A DNA stretch of 64,000 nt from Candidatus Azotimanducaceae bacterium. GTDB taxonomy: Bacteria > Pseudomonadota > Gammaproteobacteria > Pseudomonadales > Azotimanducaceae. The position numbers were made by a program, and so were the translations under genes. The notes beneath the pieces are model-generated. The model was not told where the DNA came from and searched no databases. It saw only the letters and a program-made list of their open reading frames with translations. The stretch is from positions 77,559 through 141,558 of the forward strand of contig JBJKZD010000013.1 in the NCBI GenBank assembly GCA_045560765.1, written 5' to 3'. Of this stretch, positions 54,126 to 63,025 are shown in pieces. Position 1 is the stretch's first letter; each line of letters opens with the position of its first letter.

Positions 54126-55577
54126 CTAGACAAAGACCGTGGGAGAAAAGAGTCCGTGAAATTGGTGGGGCACATGATGCTTGAGTTTCAATCTGCACAC
54201 GCAATCGCCAATGGCTTGAGCGCGATGGATTTGAAGCTCGCTAATGTGATCAAAACCGTTATACACCACTTCTAAGAGATAACCATCGTCCTCGGAGCTC
54301 GATCCGGTCGACGCCGCAAAAACAGGCTCCGACCCATAATACCCCTGGGGCAAGGTCACGGTCTCAGCGCCGCCGTCAAAGTCGACTTTTGCAATTCCGT
54401 TGAAAAAACTGTCTGCCCCATTATCAATCGAGCAAGCCGTGTAAGTGAATTGGTGGCGTTGCCCGGCAACGGTCGGATTAATCGTTGGAAACTCTGATTC
54501 GGTTTCAACGACTCTTTCGCACTGCAGATCGCCAGTCTTAAGGTTCATGGAGTAGCGTTGATAGTAACCCCCACCAAAACGCCCCTCTGGGTCAAAGACA
54601 TCGCTCAAAGTATCGTTTGCGGCAAAATTGTCCTGATACATCCCATCGACTATTAGCTCATCTCCCGATTCGAACGCATTACCGAAGTGAATGATCGCCC
54701 CCGGATCGGTTTCAAAAGAACGGACTAACGAGAAGTCTTCAAGATCCAAAACCAGAATCTGCATCGCGATCTTCGAGTCAAAGTTCACTTGATCTGAGAT
54801 CGTTCTGGCCCCCAATATCACAGGTAACATGTTGCCAAAGACAATGGACCCAACAAAAAATATTGCATACCGATCACTCAGTGCAAAATCATGGCAAAAG
54901 GGGAAAGAGCCCAGCGGTAACTGGTGATTCTGAAATAATTGCCCCGCACTGTTAATGCGGTAGAGATTGAGGCATGGCTTCGGACCTTTCATTCCAAAAC
55001 CTGAGATTCCGGCGCCAAAATTAATGTAATCCCCGGTTCTGGGATGAATTTTGCCGTGCGCACTGAACACTTGACCTGGCTTAAGTCCCCCTTCGTAACT
55101 GAATTCCCCCAGGGTCTCGAGGGTTCCCGGATCGACGGCCCAAGGCCGACCGCCTTCATTCAACGCTAACAGATGGCCGCCGTGGTGAATTAGACTGGTA
55201 TTGGCTGGGTTGGCTGGCATCTTCAGCCAATTTTTTCGCAACCCGCCAGGAATTTGAGTCCCGAAGCCTCGATAACAAACCGCCTGAGCCTCAGTTTCGG
55301 CAAGGTACTTCGGCGTACGAATGTACTGGTTCTTAAAATGGACTCGACCTTCCTGGAAGGTGAACGCGCAAATCATACCGTCACCATCAAACCAATGGCC
55401 GTATCGACTGTTACCAATTCTCTGGCGACCGGGTCCGTTGCGAAAAAAGGTCCCTTCAAGATCTAAGGGCACCTCGCCCTCTATCTGATCGATCCAGTAA
55501 TTATGTTCTTCATCTAGATTCTCAAGACCACCGTGACAGGACGGAAAAGTATTACTGCCAGGAATTGCGTTCATCAA
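54126..55577 (-). CDS. Carotenoid oxygenase (CCD / RPE65 / lignostilbene dioxygenase) family protein
   Basis: FFRNGPG, HWFDGDGM, HDFALSDRYAIFF, HFGNAFE; the four His-bearing blades are recognisable. Confidence 0.85.
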   Translation of the reverse strand: MMNAIPGSNTFPSCHGGLENLDEEHNYWIDQIEGEVPLDLEGTFFRNGPGRQRIGNSRYGHWFDGDGMICAFTFQEGRVHFKNQYIRTPKYLAETEAQAVCYRGFGTQIPGGLRKNWLKMPANPANTSLIHHGGHLLALNEGGRPWAVDPGTLETLGEFSYEGGLKPGQVFSAHGKIHPRTGDYINFGAGISGFGMKGPKPCLNLYRINSAGQLFQNHQLPLGSFPFCHDFALSDRYAIFFVGSIVFGNMLPVILGARTISDQVNFDSKIAMQILVLDLEDFSLVRSFETDPGAIIHFGNAFESGDELIVDGMYQDNFAANDTLSDVFDPEGRFGGGYYQRYSMNLKTGDLQCERVVETESEFPTINPTVAGQRHQFTYTACSIDNGADSFFNGIAKVDFDGGAETVTLPQGYYGSEPVFAASTGSSSEDDGYLLEVVYNGFDHISELQIHRAQAIGDCVCRLKLKHHVPHQFHGLFSPTVFV

Positions 55578-55683
55578 GCCACCTCATTGTTCAACACTGC
55601 AGACCTCATCCTATCATCAGATGATTCCTGGATCTGCGAACCGCTTGAACCTTATCATGCAGGTTCAGCCATCATCGCATAGG

Positions 55684-55768
55684 CTCAAAGGAAGTCCTCA
55701 CCTAAAGAAAGTCTTCATGCAAAGAAAGTCCGCATGCAAAGAAACTCCGCATGCAAAGAGAGTCCTCA
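55684..55768. repeat. Imperfect tandem repeat, 17-bp period, 5 units (TGCAAAGAAAGTCCGCA)
   Basis: The units read CTCAAAGGAAGTCCTCA / CCTAAAGAAAGTCTTCA / TGCAAAGAAAGTCCGCA / TGCAAAGAAACTCCGCA / TGCAAAGAGAGTCCTCA. It lies between the stop of 55782-56411(-) and the start of the carotenoid oxygenase gene (55577). Confidence 0.9.
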
Positions 55769-55781
55769 CCCAACAATCGCC

Positions 55782-56411
55782 CTACTCATCCCGAACTGAG
55801 CGGGTCCACCAAATTTCCATCTGCCGCAACTGAGCAAAAAGCACCACAATAACGGCAATCATGACCCCAACCTTGGCCGTCAAGGAAAAACCCAGCGCCC
55901 AGGCCAGTCCGCCTCCGAGTAACATCCCAAAAGTAATTAGGTAGACCGACAAGAAGTCCCTCCAAGTCGCAGGACTCGTTTGGTCAAAAAATGAGGCATT
56001 TTCTGGATCGCGCCGCGCCTTCAGCATCGTTGTTTGACCGATCCAGTGGAGCGTTGCAAACAGTATGGCCGTCAGCAGCAGCCAGATCGGGAAGTCTTTG
56101 ACGCCCATCAATTCGATCAGTAAAAATTGGATCAAGCCAACCCAGAATGGCAGGACCAATTCAAGAAATGAGGGCACCCAAACAAAACGAGTCACCGCAC
56201 TGGCATACACCAACCAGACCCCCAAAATCGCCAGAAAGATCGACAGCGACTGGAGCCCGAGAAAAACCCCCTCAAGGTTAAACGTAACTAAGGCATCTTC
56301 TGCTGCAACGAAGGTCCACAATAACTCGAGCGCGAAGGCCTGAACAATCCCCAACAGCGTCAAGACCACTGCGGGAACATTAAACTTGACTCGTTCTCGT
56401 ACCTTATTCAT
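55782..56411 (-). CDS. Hypothetical polytopic membrane protein (about 6 TM)
   Basis: A 209-aa ORF with repeated hydrophobic helices. I recognise no family. Confidence 0.55.
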   Translation of the reverse strand: MNKVRERVKFNVPAVVLTLLGIVQAFALELLWTFVAAEDALVTFNLEGVFLGLQSLSIFLAILGVWLVYASAVTRFVWVPSFLELVLPFWVGLIQFLLIELMGVKDFPIWLLLTAILFATLHWIGQTTMLKARRDPENASFFDQTSPATWRDFLSVYLITFGMLLGGGLAWALGFSLTAKVGVMIAVIVVLFAQLRQMEIWWTRSVRDE

Positions 56412-57005
56412 TCGTATCTCCGTTGCACGATCGTGTGCTGCAAAACTTTGGCCACAGCTTTAAGGGCAGGGCCTAACCATCATCTCAGTACGAATTCCCT
56501 GAACTCAATCCAGGGGATAAGCTAAAGTCAGCGTTTTCAGAGACAGTAAAAAAATAAATTCTGGACCCGTTGATCCTTATGACCTTCATCCTAACTGTTT
56601 TTGAGCATCCCTCAATGACCTGGGCGACCCTGCGCGATGACCCCGAAAACATCGAATTCAGTCGCCCTCAATCCGGCGTCAGGACCTGCTTGGATGCACG
56701 TCACGGCCTGGAACACCTCAACTCAAGGTAAACCCAACCCTACGCCGGTATATAGCGCCCGTATACAAAGCCTGCAAGATAGACGCTGCGTTCCTTCAGC
56801 GCGATGAGTCTTCAGGGAGAAAACCGGTCATTCATCACTCGTCATGGATTTTAAAGAGCTCCAAGACGCTCAAGCAGAGAATCAGATCGACTAGCCGGTT
56901 TTTCGTTAAGGGGTTAAGGTGACTGCAAGGATGCAGAGATAAAACATTGACCCTTCGAGCGCTGACGCTCGCACACTCTGCTCATTCTGATCGAGGTCAA
57001 GGCCC

Positions 57006-58364
57006 ATGAGAGACTTGTATACCCAACCCGAGGGACACGCTCAGGCTCCACCGTCGAACTTTAGGGGGCGCGTTCGGCAACTGGGCCCAAGTCTCATCGT
57101 CTCGGCCAGTATTGTCGGCTCGGGAGAGATCATCCTCACCTCAAGTCTCGGCGCGGCTGTTGGCTTTGGCATGCTGTGGTGGATTTTATTGTCCTGCTGG
57201 AGCAAGTCCATCGTCCAGGCAGAGCTCGCACGCTATGTTGTTGTCACCGGTGATACCTACATCTTGATGCTCAATCGATTACCCGGAAAGCTCACCGGCC
57301 CGAAGGGTCCTGTTTCATGGACGCTGGTCTTGGGCTTATTGGCCTTCATCCCAGGTTTGACCGGTCTTGGGGGACTCATGGGCGGTGCTGCACAAGCCAT
57401 GGTGCTGTTCGTGCCCACAATCTCAGCGCTCGCTGTGACCGCCGTGCTGGCTTGCATCATCGCGGCCGTTTTAGCCACAGGACAATATCGCAATCTAGAG
57501 CGGACCTTGATCCCTTTGGTGTTCGTTTTCACTCTCACGACGCTTCTGTGTTTTTGGATGCTTCAAAATTCCAGTCAGGCCATCACATTTGAACAAACCT
57601 TGGCGGGATTGACCTTTGATTTCGACGTCAGCTTCGCCGTACTCGCTCTGGCTGTCTACGGTTATACCGGCGTCAACTCAGCAGAAATATCGGCTTACAG
57701 CTATTGGTGCATTGAAAAGGGCTATCCTGGGAAGATCGGCCCCCCTTCTGATGATCCTGCCTATTACGCAAGGGCAAGAGGGTGGCTCAAGGTTTTACGT
57801 CTGGATATTCGGCTGACGCTGGTTCTGCTGACGTTGGCAACGGTCCCGTTTTATTACCTTGGCGCAGGCATTCTTCATCCATTGGGTACGGTTCCCGCAG
57901 GCACAGAAACCATACGCGTCCTCAGCCAAATGTTTACTGCAACCATCGGCGAGAGTGCCTTTTTATTATTTGCAACTGGCGCGTTTTGTATTTTATTTTC
58001 AAGCGCGGTTGCAGGAGTCGCTGCGGGGGCACGTTATATTCCGGATTATCTCATGGAACTTGGCTTTTTAGACCGGAGCCGGCTGGACATCCGTCGTCGA
58101 ATTATCAAAGGCTATGGCCTTGCGATCCCTTTTGTAGGCCTCGCCTTTTATGCCGGTTTTCAGCAGCCCGTATTGATGGTCACCATCGCTGCTTGTTTTG
58201 GCGCTTTAATGCTTCCCGTTCAAAGCGGAATGACCCTCTATCTGAGCCAACGTCATATACCCAAGCCCCTCAGAGCAACGAGGCCAGCTTGGTTGCTCTT
58301 ACAAGCCACCTTTTTGTTCCAGTTGGTCATGGCGGCGCTGGTGATTTATTTTGTCGTGCTCTGA
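57006..58364 (+). CDS. NRAMP-related divalent metal cation transporter family protein
   Basis: LGPSLIVSASIVGSGEIILTS and QAELARY motifs resemble NRAMP/MntH-related transporters. About 11 TM segments. Confidence 0.7.
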   Translation: MRDLYTQPEGHAQAPPSNFRGRVRQLGPSLIVSASIVGSGEIILTSSLGAAVGFGMLWWILLSCWSKSIVQAELARYVVVTGDTYILMLNRLPGKLTGPKGPVSWTLVLGLLAFIPGLTGLGGLMGGAAQAMVLFVPTISALAVTAVLACIIAAVLATGQYRNLERTLIPLVFVFTLTTLLCFWMLQNSSQAITFEQTLAGLTFDFDVSFAVLALAVYGYTGVNSAEISAYSYWCIEKGYPGKIGPPSDDPAYYARARGWLKVLRLDIRLTLVLLTLATVPFYYLGAGILHPLGTVPAGTETIRVLSQMFTATIGESAFLLFATGAFCILFSSAVAGVAAGARYIPDYLMELGFLDRSRLDIRRRIIKGYGLAIPFVGLAFYAGFQQPVLMVTIAACFGALMLPVQSGMTLYLSQRHIPKPLRATRPAWLLLQATFLFQLVMAALVIYFVVL

Positions 58365-58789
58365 CGCATTTCGCCTACGGGAGGTCATCGCACCATCGAG
58401 GATTCACCTCAGCCTTTTCACCCAAAGCAGAACGCAACGGGTATCACGCACTTCGCCAGGGTGATACCTGTCAAAAGGCCGGTCATCTGTTTTTACACCC
58501 AGGATCGAGACTCGACCATCTGATGACAAATGCAGTCGCCGGCTCCGAGAGAGCCCACGGCTATCTATATGACCATGCCAGACCCATAAAGCCCTCCCTC
58601 CAACGCATAGAGATTAGGAAATAAAGATAACTGGGGTTTTTTTGACCCCAAATCGTCCCGGTCTGTTAACTTTGTTCCCCAGACCCATTTAGAACCCACT
58701 CAGCGAGGCAGTCCTCAACCCGCTCAGCGACACTTAGAAAAGCGTCCTCGGTTGTACGCGATCAATGCCTTCGAGAGCCGGCAGCATGC

Positions 58790-60262
58790 TTACTGGGCCA
58801 CATAACCAACGATGGTCAATACAATCGTATAGGGCAGCGCCATATAGACCATTCTCCCATAGCCTAAACGAATGATTGGCGCCAACGCGGAAGTCAGTAG
58901 GAATAAAAATGCGGCTTGCCCGTTGGGTGTCGCTACTGAGGGGAGGTTAGTGCCGGTGTTAATGCTGACGGCTAAGGTTTCGAAATGGGCGCGGGTAATA
59001 TCACCGGCATCAAAGGCATTTTTAACCTCATTAATGTAGACGGTTGCAACAAACACATTGTCAGAAATCGCCGACAAGATGCCATTTGCAAGAAAGAAGG
59101 CCCCTGGCTGCTGCTCGATCGGCAGGGTCAGCACCCAGTCAATGACCGGAGTGAACAAGTGCAAATCGTGAATCATCCCAACCACGACGAAAAATATGCA
59201 CAGCAGAGATACAAAAGGCAGAGACTCTTCGAAAGCTCGACCAATCTGGTGTTCTTCGTTAATACCCGTCAGTCCAGTCACAACCACCAAAAGACAGAGT
59301 CCGATGAGGCCTACTTCCATCAAATGGAGTCCAAGTCCAATGATGAGCAGAACCCCACAAATGCCTTGCACCCACAGTCCATAGATTTCTCTTGGACTGC
59401 GCTTTGCATCCTCCTCGGCGACATAAGCGCTGAGTATGTCCCGCACCACCGGATCTAACTTTTTACCGTAACCAAACTTGCCCGACAGCTCCAAGAGCAC
59501 GCAGGTCAAAAGGCCAGCTATCACCGCAGGTATCGTTACGTGCGCCATGACTTCGACAAACTGTAAGAACTCCCAATCCATTTTCTCAGCGATTAACAGG
59601 TTTTGCGGCTCTCCAACCATCGTAGTGACACCGCCAAGGGCGGTGCCGACCGCTCCGTGCATCACCAAACTGCGCATGAAACTCCGAAAATCCTCAAGGG
59701 TCTCTTCCCCGATTTCTTCAGAATCAGAAATATTGTCTTGGTTATAATCGGTGCCCTGAGCGGAATGGACCTTTTCATAAACACCATATAACGCTACGAA
59801 AACAGCGATGAGCACGGCGGTGACCGTGAGCGCATCTAAGAAGGCAGATAAAAAAGCAGCCATAAAAGAAAATAAGATCGAGAGTGCCACTTTGTTATGC
59901 ACACCGACGATGATTCTCGCAAAGAGAAAACTCAACAAGGGCTTCATAAAATAAATAAAACTCACCATAAAAATCAGCAACGCCAAAACAGGTAGGTTCT
60001 GCTGAATCTCGTGCCAAACCGTTTCCGGTGTCGTTAGACCTAAGGCAAGAATGGCAATAGCAATCAGCCCACCGCTTTGTAGCGGATAACATTTAAGGGC
60101 CATGGCGAGGGTCAGAATAAACATCGCGATAAACACCCAACCGAGAACAGTCGTGCCTGCGATCAATTGGAGAGGCCAACAAACCACTAGAAATAAAAGG
60201 ATGACATTTTTAAACCAGAGCGGGCTGTTGCCCAGAAATTCTTTGTAAGCCAACGCAAGCAT
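58790..60262 (-). CDS. nhaB: Na+/H+ antiporter NhaB
   Basis: The N-terminus MLALAYKEFLGNSPLWFKNVILLFLVV, the length of about 490 aa and the polytopic topology match the NhaB family. Confidence 0.8.
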   Translation of the reverse strand: MLALAYKEFLGNSPLWFKNVILLFLVVCWPLQLIAGTTVLGWVFIAMFILTLAMALKCYPLQSGGLIAIAILALGLTTPETVWHEIQQNLPVLALLIFMVSFIYFMKPLLSFLFARIIVGVHNKVALSILFSFMAAFLSAFLDALTVTAVLIAVFVALYGVYEKVHSAQGTDYNQDNISDSEEIGEETLEDFRSFMRSLVMHGAVGTALGGVTTMVGEPQNLLIAEKMDWEFLQFVEVMAHVTIPAVIAGLLTCVLLELSGKFGYGKKLDPVVRDILSAYVAEEDAKRSPREIYGLWVQGICGVLLIIGLGLHLMEVGLIGLCLLVVVTGLTGINEEHQIGRAFEESLPFVSLLCIFFVVVGMIHDLHLFTPVIDWVLTLPIEQQPGAFFLANGILSAISDNVFVATVYINEVKNAFDAGDITRAHFETLAVSINTGTNLPSVATPNGQAAFLFLLTSALAPIIRLGYGRMVYMALPYTIVLTIVGYVAQ

Positions 60263-60874
60263 AATCTACCTCGGTACTGATGCCGGAGTTCTAAACGATC
60301 AACTCCAGCACAATGGTTAATCTGAACGATTGGGCCTGCCCAAACGCGCAATGAAACTACTTTTTGATATTAAGCGAGATCTTCAGGGTTTGGGGATTTT
60401 TTTTCAAAAACTACCGCCGCCCTAGCAAAATTTGCAGTCGAGGATCAATCGAACCCGCTTTAGATTCAAAATCAGGGTAAATGCTTAAGCTTTCTAAGCC
60501 CCAAAACGCTTAGAAAGCAGAAGTCTATGTGGGCTTCCTGACTGAACAGAAGCGAGTGATCCATCCCTCAAATCGCCAACGAAGCAGATACCGTGAAAAC
60601 CCTAGTTGAATGGAGCAATTACGTACAGCGAGCCCCATCTAGATTTCCAACAAGGAGGACGCAAACACCCCAAGTGGTGACGACAAAAAGACCATGACGA
60701 TATCCTGGTCCAATCGACTGCCCTCAACGGATCTTGCGGAAGAATATCCGAGGGTGTTGAAACAAGCAGCTAACCCCTTCTCTAGCTTGATCCTGGACCC
60801 TGGGAGCAAAGCCGGGCCTAAAAGCCATCAAAGCCCGACGATTGTCATCCGCGGACGATCTCCTCTATACCCGG

Positions 60875-61495
60875 CTACGCCCCGCTTCCGACTGCCTTGG
60901 CACTCGAATAACTTGCTCGCCCCTGACAAGCTTTGAGCCATCGCGTCACGTTTGACCACTGAGAAAAGTCAAACTTAAGCATCGATAAAAGGTCCATCAC
61001 TCCCGCAACGTTAAGGTCGGCAATCGTAAAGTCGTCCCCGAGCAGATAGGCGCTCTCACCCAGCGCCGCATCCAGAACACCCAAGGGGCGGGCCAGTGCC
61101 TCTGTTGCCCGAGCCACAATCCCAGCATCTCGCTTGTCTTCTGGCGTGAAAAATTGCTGTACGACGATTTGCATTTGAAGCGGCTCAATCTCACTGATGC
61201 CCCAAACTGACCATTGCAGCACCTTGGCCTCACTTGCTGCGCCCTCGGGAATCAATCCGGCGCCATAAGTTTTGGTCAGATACAGATTAATGGCCATCGA
61301 TTCAAAAAGTTGCAACTCGCCATCGACCAAAGCCGGGATACGGCCATTAGGGTTAACGGCTAAAAATTCTGGCTTCTGATTATCGCCACGAAATGAAGTC
61401 GGTACATGATCGTAATCTAAGCCTAATTCTTCAGCGGCCCAAATCGATCGAAAGGCTCTGGATGACGCGATGCCATAGAGGGCGGGTTTGCTCAT
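60875..61495 (-). CDS. Glutathione S-transferase
   Basis: YGIASSRAFRSIWAAEELGL, IPALVDG, ESMAINLYL N-terminal GST domain plus a helical C-terminal domain. Confidence 0.85.
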   Translation of the reverse strand: MSKPALYGIASSRAFRSIWAAEELGLDYDHVPTSFRGDNQKPEFLAVNPNGRIPALVDGELQLFESMAINLYLTKTYGAGLIPEGAASEAKVLQWSVWGISEIEPLQMQIVVQQFFTPEDKRDAGIVARATEALARPLGVLDAALGESAYLLGDDFTIADLNVAGVMDLLSMLKFDFSQWSNVTRWLKACQGRASYSSAKAVGSGA

Positions 61496-61604
61496 ACGGG
61501 GTTCTCCTCAACTGAGTCCGTATTCAAACACACGTCGGACAACCAGGACCAGTCCCCAGGCATCCGCCCCCTATTACGCCTGCTGCGCTTGACGGAAGTC
61601 GGTC

Positions 61605-62939
61605 TTAATCTGATTCCTCTTGAATAATATGCTCCTCTCGATAGAGCCGCATATACACTGCGAACAAGAGCGCAGCGCATCCCATAAAAACAGCGAAGAA
61701 GAGGTGATAACTTGGCCCGGTTAACTTGGATGTCCCATCCGTATTTTGTATGAATTGATTGACCAGAGCAGTAAACAAGTTTCCTGCAGAGATCGACAGA
61801 TAAAAAAGCGCCATCACCAACGATTTCATGCGTTTGGGCGCCTGGGTATAGGAAAACTCCATACAGGTGACAACCAGCAAAACCTCAGCGATCGTGATCA
61901 AGAGGTAGGCCAACAGCTGCCAACCAATGTGCGGTGAAAAACCCATTTGAATTTGCGCTTCAATCCAAGCGGTCACCAGGAAAGGGGTTGCGGCCAAAAA
62001 CATACCGATCGACATCCTTCGTGGACTGGTCACCGAAAAAAACCGCTCCAAGAATGGATACACCCAATAGCTAAAAATGGGGATCAGAACAATGATGAGA
62101 AATGGATTCACCGCTTGGATCTGGGCTGGCAGCAGCTCGTAACCTAAGACCACCCGATCCATATTCATCGCTTGCAGCACCCAAGTGCTCCCCATTTGAT
62201 CGAACAGAGACCAAAACGCAGCCACCAGGATATAAATGATCAGCAAGCGTCGCACGACCCGTTGACCCTCAGGACCGAAAATATCTCGAAGATACGAGCG
62301 ACCTGCTGGGGGAACATGGACAAAACGGTGGCGACCCGCCCAAAAGGTGACTGTCGCCAAAACCATGAACAGACCAGGCACCCCGAACGCAACCGCCGGG
62401 CCTTGCCAAGCCAAAAGCCAGGGAATCATCAAGGAGGACGTTGAGGAGCCGATATTGATCCCAAGGTAGTACCAAGAGAAGGCCCTGGGCAGGAGATAGG
62501 CATTGGATTGACCGAACTGATCGCCTACATTGGACGCAACACTGGGCTTGATTCCCCCCGACCCGATAGCAATCAACATCAGACCAATAAACAGCCCAAC
62601 CTTGGTGTCATCAAGGAACAAGGCGAGATGTCCGGCGCAATAGACCAAGGACAGCAGCATGACCGTTCGATATTTGCCCCAGTACGCGTCAGCAACAATG
62701 GCACCCACAATGGGAAGGAAATAGGTCGTCGATACGAACAAGTGATAATAGGTCGTCGCTTCTTCAACGGACAAGGTGGCAAGAATACCGCCGCTGGTCA
62801 TTAGATACTGCGTCATAAAAACAACAAGAATCGAACGCATACCATAAAAGCTAAAGCGCTCAGCAATATCGTTGACGATGATAAAAGGGATCCCGCTCGG
62901 CATGCGAGTCGATGGCGTTGGTGCGGTGCGATAACTCAC
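61605..62939 (-). CDS. POT/PTR2-family proton-dependent oligopeptide transporter
   Basis: ERFSFYGMRSILVVFM signature and a 12+ TM MFS topology. Confidence 0.85.
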   Translation of the reverse strand: MSYRTAPTPSTRMPSGIPFIIVNDIAERFSFYGMRSILVVFMTQYLMTSGGILATLSVEEATTYYHLFVSTTYFLPIVGAIVADAYWGKYRTVMLLSLVYCAGHLALFLDDTKVGLFIGLMLIAIGSGGIKPSVASNVGDQFGQSNAYLLPRAFSWYYLGINIGSSTSSLMIPWLLAWQGPAVAFGVPGLFMVLATVTFWAGRHRFVHVPPAGRSYLRDIFGPEGQRVVRRLLIIYILVAAFWSLFDQMGSTWVLQAMNMDRVVLGYELLPAQIQAVNPFLIIVLIPIFSYWVYPFLERFFSVTSPRRMSIGMFLAATPFLVTAWIEAQIQMGFSPHIGWQLLAYLLITIAEVLLVVTCMEFSYTQAPKRMKSLVMALFYLSISAGNLFTALVNQFIQNTDGTSKLTGPSYHLFFAVFMGCAALLFAVYMRLYREEHIIQEESD

Positions 62940-63025
62940 CCGTTGACCCTCCTAACCAAAGGACTGGGCAGACCTAACCCAATCGTCATTGCTTCAAAAA
63001 TCAATCCTCTCCTGCCACGAGAGGG

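Noticed and set aside
55621-55833. 70-aa plus-strand ORF between the membrane-protein gene and the carotenoid oxygenase gene
   Set aside because: Its sequence (…KGSPHLKKVFMQRKSACKETPHAKRVL…) is just the translation of the 17-bp tandem repeat. Because 17 is not a multiple of 3, each unit is read in a different frame, which is not the pattern of a coding repeat.
56880-57005. Possible Mn2+ (yybP-ykoY) riboswitch in the 594-bp leader of the NRAMP-like gene (AAGGGGTTAAGG ... CATTGACCC)
   Set aside because: It shows only loose resemblance. The conserved GGGGAGUAG 5' element and the GGAGAGACC-type 3' element are not present. A short palindrome CGAGCG-CTGA-CGCTCG (56956-56971) was noted, but nothing else supports calling it an operator.
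57782-58624. 280-aa alternative-frame ORF overlapping the 3' half of the NRAMP-like gene
   Set aside because: The product is Arg/Ser/Gly/Cys-rich low-complexity sequence with no motifs. The overlapped frame encodes a coherent polytopic transporter. Unlike the three real frameshift cases, the two products do not complement each other into one family.
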